From the NCBI GenBank assembly GCA_963715985.1, contig CAVQSP010000015.1:1-64000 (forward strand): a stretch of 64,000 nt of DNA. The letters are read 5' to 3'. Each line of letters begins with the position of its first letter. Positions within the stretch are counted from its first letter, which is position 1. The notes under the pieces are model-generated. The model made no database searches, was not told the origin of the DNA, and saw only the letters and a list, made by a program, of their open reading frames with translations. Shown here piece after piece: positions 56,965-64,000 of the stretch. The DNA comes from an uncultured Thermoleophilia bacterium. GTDB lineage: Bacteria; Actinomycetota; Thermoleophilia; UBA2241. The position numbers and the translations under genes were made by a program.

Positions 56965-58539
56965 TCACTTCTGCTGGCTGCGCACCATCCCGTACTCGAT
57001 GGAGTCGACGAGCGCCTCCCAGCTGGCCTCGATGATGTTCTCGCTCACGCCGATGCTGCCCCACACGTCCTCGCCGTCGCTGGCGTCGAGGAGAACGCGA
57101 GTCACGGCACCTGTGCCCTTGGTCTCATCGAGGATGCGCACCTTGTAGTTGACCAGCTCGATGTCGCTGAGGTGCGGGTACTTCTGCGTGATCGCCTGGC
57201 GCAGCGCGCTGTCCAGGGCGTTCACCGGGCCGTTGCCCTCGGCCGTGCTGATGACGCGCTCGCCGCCCACGTGCACCTTGATGGTGGCCTCCACCACGGC
57301 CTTGCCGTCCTCGCGCTTCTCGACGATGACGCGGAAGCTCTCCAGGCGGAACAGTGGCTCGTGCGGCGAGAGCTCGTCGCGCAGCAGCAGGTCGAAGCTC
57401 GCGTCGGCGGCCTCGTAGTGGTAGCCGCGGTGCTCCTGGTCCTTGAGGTGCTTGAGCACGGCCGCCACCTTCTCGTCCTCGCCCTCCACGCTCAGGCCGA
57501 GGTCGCGGGCGCGACGCAACACCGTGGCCTTGCCCGAGAGCTCCGAGACGAGGATGCGCTGCTCGTTGCCCACGGCGGCCGGGTCCACGTGCTCGAAGGT
57601 CTGGGGCGCGTGCTCCACGGCCGCCACGTGCATGCCGCCTTTGTGCGCGAAGGCGGCCTTGCCCACGTACGGCTGGTGTGTGGCGATCGAGATGTTGCAG
57701 ATATCCGATACGAAGTGTGCGGTCTCCGCGAGCCTGCTCAGCTGCTCGTCGCTGACCACGTCCAGGCCCATCTTGAGCTTGAGGGCCGGGATGATGCTCA
57801 CCAGGTTGGCGTTGCCGCAGCGCTCACCGTAGCCGTTCATGGTGCCCTGCACCTGCAGGGCGCCGCGGTCCACGCCCACGAGACTGTTGGCCACGGCGCA
57901 GTCGCTGTCGTTGTGGACGTGCACGCCCACCGGCACCGGGACTGCCGCCACTACCTCACCGACGACGTCGGCGAGGAACGGCGGCAGCGAGGCCCCGTTG
58001 GTGTCGCACAGGCAGACGGTGCCGGCTCCCGCCTCGGCAGCCGTGAGCGCGCACTTGAGCGCGTAGGCCGCGTCGTCGCGCCAGGCGTCGAAGAAGTGCT
58101 CGGCGTCGTACACCACCTGCTTGCCCTGCGCCACGAGGAACGCCACCGAGTCGGCGATCATGCGCAGGTTCTCCTCGCGGCTCACGCGCAGGACCTTGGT
58201 GAGGTGCAGCCCCCACGTCTTGCCGACGATGGTGACGGTGTCCGTTGACGCCGCGGCGAGCACACGCAGGCCCTCGTCGGCAGCGGCGGTCACACCCTTG
58301 CGGCGCGTCATGCCGAAGGCCACCAGACGCGCCGTCACCAGCTTCTCCCGCTCCATGCGGCGGAAGAACTCGATCTCCTTGGGGTTGGACGAGGGGAAGC
58401 CGCCCTCGATGAGGTGGATGCCCAGCTCGTCGAGCTTGAGGGCGATGCGGACCTTCTCGTCCACCGAGACGGACATGCCCTCTTGCTGCATGCCGTCGCG
58501 GAGCGTGGTGTCGTAGAGCTGCACGTGCTGCCCGTTCAT
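56965..58539 (-). CDS. cimA: Citramalate synthase
   Basis: YDTTLRDG.Q.EG, VGKTW.LH, YDAEHFFD, LCDTNG, NGYGERCGNANL, FAHKGGMH, SELSGK. Confidence 0.93.
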   Translation of the reverse strand: MNGQHVQLYDTTLRDGMQQEGMSVSVDEKVRIALKLDELGIHLIEGGFPSSNPKEIEFFRRMEREKLVTARLVAFGMTRRKGVTAAADEGLRVLAAASTDTVTIVGKTWGLHLTKVLRVSREENLRMIADSVAFLVAQGKQVVYDAEHFFDAWRDDAAYALKCALTAAEAGAGTVCLCDTNGASLPPFLADVVGEVVAAVPVPVGVHVHNDSDCAVANSLVGVDRGALQVQGTMNGYGERCGNANLVSIIPALKLKMGLDVVSDEQLSRLAETAHFVSDICNISIATHQPYVGKAAFAHKGGMHVAAVEHAPQTFEHVDPAAVGNEQRILVSELSGKATVLRRARDLGLSVEGEDEKVAAVLKHLKDQEHRGYHYEAADASFDLLLRDELSPHEPLFRLESFRVIVEKREDGKAVVEATIKVHVGGERVISTAEGNGPVNALDSALRQAITQKYPHLSDIELVNYKVRILDETKGTGAVTRVLLDASDGEDVWGSIGVSENIIEASWEALVDSIEYGMVRSQQK

Positions 58540-59462
58540 GAGGTGTGGGCGTGCTCCATGAAGTGACCGAACTGCTCGTCGCGCCCCTCCACGATGGCCT
58601 TAAAACGCTCCTGCATATGCCGCGTGATCGGACCCGGCTCACCGATGATGTGGTCGTCCACCTCACGGATGGGCACGACTTCGGCGGCCGTGCCGGTGTA
58701 GAAGAGCTCGTCGGCGATCACGAGGTCGCTGCGCGTGATGCTCTGCTCACGCAGCTCGATGCCCTCGGCCGCGGCGATCTGCATGATGATGTCGCGGGTG
58801 ATGCCTTCGAGCACGCCGTCGCTGGGCGGCGGCGTGTAGAGCACACCGTTGCGGATCACGAAGATGTTCTCGCCGGAGCCCTCGGCCACGTGACCGTGCT
58901 CGGTGAGCATGATGGCCTCGTCGTAGCCGGCGTTCAGCACCTCGATCTTGGCGAGGATGCTGTTGAGGTACTGGCCCGTGGCCTTGGCGGCGCGGGCCAG
59001 CGCCGTGTGGTCCAGCGACTGGATGCTGGACACCTTGGCGCGCACGCCGTGGAGGATGCCCTCCTCGCCGAGGTACGTGCCCCACGGCCACGCCGCGACG
59101 ATCACGTCCACCGGCGCGTTCATCGGGAACAGGCCCATCTCGCCGTAGCCGCGGAACACCAGCGGGCGGATGTACGCGGAGTCGAGGCTGTTGGACGAGA
59201 GCACCTCGAAGGTGGCGTCGTACAACTGCTCCACCGTGTACGGCACCGGCATGTAGTACAGCTTGGCCGAGCGCACGAGGCGCTTGAGGTGCTCGGTGAG
59301 GCGCAGCACGGCCGGCCCCTTGGGCGTCTTGTAGGCGCGGATGCCCTCGAAGACCCCGGACCCGTAGTGCAGGGCATGGGTGAGCACGTGCACTTTGGCC
59401 TCATGCCAGGGCACGAGCACCCCGTTCATCCAGATCGTGTCCATCTCGGGGATGGGGGCCAT
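58536..59462 (-). CDS. ilvE: Branched-chain amino acid aminotransferase
   Basis: HALHYGSGVFEGIRAY, YIRP, AKATGQYLNS, EGSGENIF, LEGITR, TGTAAEV. Confidence 0.96.
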   Translation of the reverse strand: MAPIPEMDTIWMNGVLVPWHEAKVHVLTHALHYGSGVFEGIRAYKTPKGPAVLRLTEHLKRLVRSAKLYYMPVPYTVEQLYDATFEVLSSNSLDSAYIRPLVFRGYGEMGLFPMNAPVDVIVAAWPWGTYLGEEGILHGVRAKVSSIQSLDHTALARAAKATGQYLNSILAKIEVLNAGYDEAIMLTEHGHVAEGSGENIFVIRNGVLYTPPPSDGVLEGITRDIIMQIAAAEGIELREQSITRSDLVIADELFYTGTAAEVVPIREVDDHIIGEPGPITRHMQERFKAIVEGRDEQFGHFMEHAHTS

Positions 59463-59521
59463 AGGTCCTCCTCGCTGCAGGTCAGCCGTCCGCCGGGGCG
59501 GCAAGAATGGCGTCTGTCATG

Positions 59522-60604
59522 TCACACGCGCTCGGCCACGAGGTCGCCGACCTCGGACGTCGAGTAGCCCATCTGGCCGGAGGCCATGCCCTTCATCTTG
59601 GTGCCCGTGACCTCGGTCACGGCGCGCTCGACATCCTCTGCCGCCTTGCTCTCGCCGAGGGTGTCGAGCATCATCGCGCCGGCCACGATGGCCGCCACGG
59701 GGTTGATCACACCCAGGCCGGTGTACTTGGGCGCCGAACCGCCGATGGGTTCGAACATGCTGACACCCTCGGGGTTGATGTTGCCGCCGGCCGCGACGCC
59801 CATCCCGCCCTGGGTGATCGCGCCCAGATCGGTGATGATGTCGCCGAACATGTTGCCGGTCACCAGGACGTCGAACCACTCCGGGCTCTTGACCATCCAC
59901 ATGCAGGTGGCGTCCACGTGGTAGTACTCGCGCTTGACGTCCGGGTACTCCTCTTCGCCGATCTCGTTGAAGCGGCGGTTCCAGAGGTCGTAGACGTAGG
60001 TCAGGACGTTGGTCTTGCCCACCAGTCCGAGGGTGTTGTCCGCGCCGAGGCCGCGCGCCTTCTTGCCGTGCTTGCGCGCGTACTCGAACGCCCAGCGCAG
60101 ACAGCGGTCGACCTGGGCGCGGCTGTACAGCATGTTCTGCACAGCGACTTCATGCGGCGTGTCCTTCATCATGATGCCGCCGCCGCCGGCGTACATGTCG
60201 CCGGAGTTCTCGCGCACCACCACGTAGTCGATGTCCTTCGGGCCCTTGTCCTTCAGCGGGGTCTCGACGCCGGGGTAGAGACGCACGGGACGCAGGTTGA
60301 TGTACTGGTCCAGCTCGAAGCGCAGGCGGAGCAGGAGGCCCTTCTCCAGGATGCCGGGCTCGACGTCGGGGTGCCCCACGGCGCCCAGGTAGATCGAGTC
60401 GAATCCTTTGAGCTCGTCGACGGCCGTAGCCGGCAGGATCTCGCCGGTGCGCAGGTAGCGCTCGCCGCCGAAGTCGTAGTACGCCAGGTCGAGCGTGAAC
60501 TGGTACTTGGCGGCTGCCGCCTGCAGGGCTTTCAACCCTTCAGCCACCACCTCTGGCCCCGTGCCGTCGCCCGGCAGCACCGCGATCTTGTACGTCCTCC
60601 CCAT
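59522..60604 (-). CDS. leuB: 3-isopropylmalate dehydrogenase
   Basis: LPGDGTGPEV, NLRP, VVREN, NMFGDIITD, FEPIGGSAP. Confidence 0.93.
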   Translation of the reverse strand: MGRTYKIAVLPGDGTGPEVVAEGLKALQAAAAKYQFTLDLAYYDFGGERYLRTGEILPATAVDELKGFDSIYLGAVGHPDVEPGILEKGLLLRLRFELDQYINLRPVRLYPGVETPLKDKGPKDIDYVVVRENSGDMYAGGGGIMMKDTPHEVAVQNMLYSRAQVDRCLRWAFEYARKHGKKARGLGADNTLGLVGKTNVLTYVYDLWNRRFNEIGEEEYPDVKREYYHVDATCMWMVKSPEWFDVLVTGNMFGDIITDLGAITQGGMGVAAGGNINPEGVSMFEPIGGSAPKYTGLGVINPVAAIVAGAMMLDTLGESKAAEDVERAVTEVTGTKMKGMASGQMGYSTSEVGDLVAERV

Positions 60605-60654
60605 GGTCCCTCTCTCCGCTGATGAATGGTCTTTGTCCGGCGCAGCGGCGCTGT

Positions 60655-61158
60655 TCACGCGCCCTCCCCGGCCACGCGCGACTTCACGTACGGCAGCAGG
60701 CCGCCGCGGTCGATGAGCTCCTGCATGAACGGCGGGAACGCCTCGGCCTCGTAGGTCCTGCCCTTGGTCAGGTTCTCCACCGTGCCGGCGGCCAGGTCCA
60801 CGCGCAGCAGGTCGCCCGACTCGGCGTCGACCGCCGCCACGGGGCACACCACGATCGGCAGCCCGGTGTTGATGGCGTTGCGATAGAAGATGCGCGCGAA
60901 CGACGCCGCCAGGACAACGCTCACACCGGAGTGCTTGAGCGCCACCGGGGCGTGCTCGCGCGAGCTGCCGCAGCCGAAGTTCTCCAGAGCGACGACGATG
61001 TCGCCGGGCTGAACCCGGTCGACGAAGCCGGCGTCGATGTCCTCCATCGCGTGCCTGGCCAGCTCGTCCGGGTCGTTGGTGTTCAGGTAGCGGGCCGGGA
61101 TGATGACGTCGGTGTCGACGTCCCGGCCGTACTTGTGGACGGTGCCTTCGAAGATCAT
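60655..61158 (-). CDS. leuD: 3-isopropylmalate dehydratase small subunit
   Basis: [33 protein letters not shown]. Confidence 0.95.
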   Translation of the reverse strand: MIFEGTVHKYGRDVDTDVIIPARYLNTNDPDELARHAMEDIDAGFVDRVQPGDIVVALENFGCGSSREHAPVALKHSGVSVVLAASFARIFYRNAINTGLPIVVCPVAAVDAESGDLLRVDLAAGTVENLTKGRTYEAEAFPPFMQELIDRGGLLPYVKSRVAGEGA

Positions 61159-62452
61159 CGCGACCCTCCGGTGACGGCGCCGACTGCTTCGGGCGTGGCC
61201 ACGTGGCCGGCCAGCGCGGACGCGGCGGCCACGTACGGGCTCGCCAGGTAGACCTCGGCCCCGGGATGGCCCATGCGGCCGACGAAGTTGCGGTTGGTGG
61301 TGGACACGGCCCTCTCGCCGTCGGCCAGCACGCCCATGTGCCCACCCAGGCAGGCGCCGCAGGTGGGCGTGCTGAAGGCGCAGCCGGCTTCGATGAGGGT
61401 CTGCATGGTGCCGTCGGCGATGGCGTCCAGGCACACCTGCTGCGTGCCCGGCAGGATGATGCAGCGCACGTCCGGGTGCACCTTCTTGCCGCGCAGGATG
61501 GAGGCCGCCTGACGCAGGTCTTCCAGACGGCCGTTGGTGCAGCTGCCGATGACGACCTGGTCGATGGTGATGTCGCCCAGATCGGCGGCAGCGGCGGTGT
61601 TGCTGGGCAGATGCGGCTTGCTGACGGTGGGCGGCACGGCCGCGGCGTCGATCTCGATGACCTGCGCGTACTGCGCGTCGCGGTCGCTGGCGAACACCTG
61701 GCCGGCAGTGCGGGCACGGCTGCCCTCCGGCCGGCTCTGCAGGTACTGCGTGGTCTTCTCGTCGAAGCCCACGATGCCGCTCTTGCCGCCGGCCTCGATG
61801 GCCATGTTGCACATGGTGAAGCGCTCGTCCATGGACAGCGCCTCGATGGCCGCACCGGTGAACTCCATGGCCTGGTACAGGGCGCCGTCGACGCCGATCA
61901 GGCCGATGGTGTGCAGCATCAGGTCCTTGCCGGTGACCCAGGGCTGCGGGCGGCCCGAGTACACGAACTTGATGCTCTCGGGCACGCGCAGCCACACGTG
62001 GCCCCAGGCCATGGCGGCGGCGAAGTCGGTGCTGCCCACGCCGGAGCTGAAGGCGGCCACGGCGCCGTAGGTGCAGGTGTGGCTGTCGGCGCCGATCACG
62101 ACGTCGCCCGGCGCCACCATGCCGGTGTCGGGCAGCAGCACGTGCTCGATGCCCATGCGCCCGACCTCGAAGTAGTTGACGATCTCGTGCTTGTGGGCGA
62201 AGTCGCGCATCTTCGCGGCCTGGCCCGCCGCCTTGATGTCCTTGTTGGGCGCGAAGTGGTCGGGCACCAGGGCGATGCGCGCCGGGTCCCAGACCTCGGT
62301 GAACCCGGCCTTCTCGAACTCCGCGATGGCCAGGGGCGCGGTGATGTCGTTGGCCAGCGCGAGGTCGATCTTCGCCTCGATGATGTCCCCCGCGCTCACA
62401 GCGTCCCGGCCGGCGGCTCGCGCCAGGATCTTCTCAGTTATCGTCGAACCCA

Positions 62453-62453
<1 letters not shown>
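61155..62453 (-). CDS. leuC: 3-isopropylmalate dehydratase large subunit
   Basis: DH, GADSHTCT, IGSCTNGR, PTCGACLG, STTNRNF.GR. Confidence 0.95.
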
Positions 62454-63988
<1,535 letters not shown>

Positions 63989-64000
63989 GAAGCACCCACT

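Overview
Very GC-rich bacterial chromosome segment. Gene content and order suggest an Actinomycetota genome, probably Thermoleophilia-like (inference). Almost every gene is on the minus strand. Housekeeping blocks, read right to left: leuA-leuC-leuD-leuB-ilvE-cimA; dnaE-hisZ-hisG-hisD-hisB-hisH-hisA-hisF-tsaC(sua5)-rpiB-glyA-deaminase-wecA/tagO; the F1Fo atp operon and murA; then cell-envelope and sugar-nucleotide genes, ahcY, mtnA, comF, hpf and secA (truncated by the window edge). Two accessory blocks interrupt this. (1) 27.5-36 kb: a PAS/LuxR regulator divergent from an operon encoding an atypical FAD oxidoreductase, a soluble Fe-S/CCG protein, a 67-aa orphan, EtfBA and a membrane heme b/Fe-S ETF:quinone-oxidoreductase-like protein. 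(2) 49.6-57 kb: a B12-type radical SAM gene, a translationally coupled enolase paralog and glycerate-2-kinase paralog that both carry substituted substrate-binding motifs (best candidate for an undescribed pathway), an IS3 remnant and gene fragments. Three open but active-site-eroded paralogs (HisG, PNP-like, LCP-like) also stand out. Many single-base indels, densest in the essential atp operon, are most likely consensus errors, so frameshifted genes are called as CDS. No rRNA, tRNA or CRISPR array was seen. All family calls come from motif recognition, not database searches.
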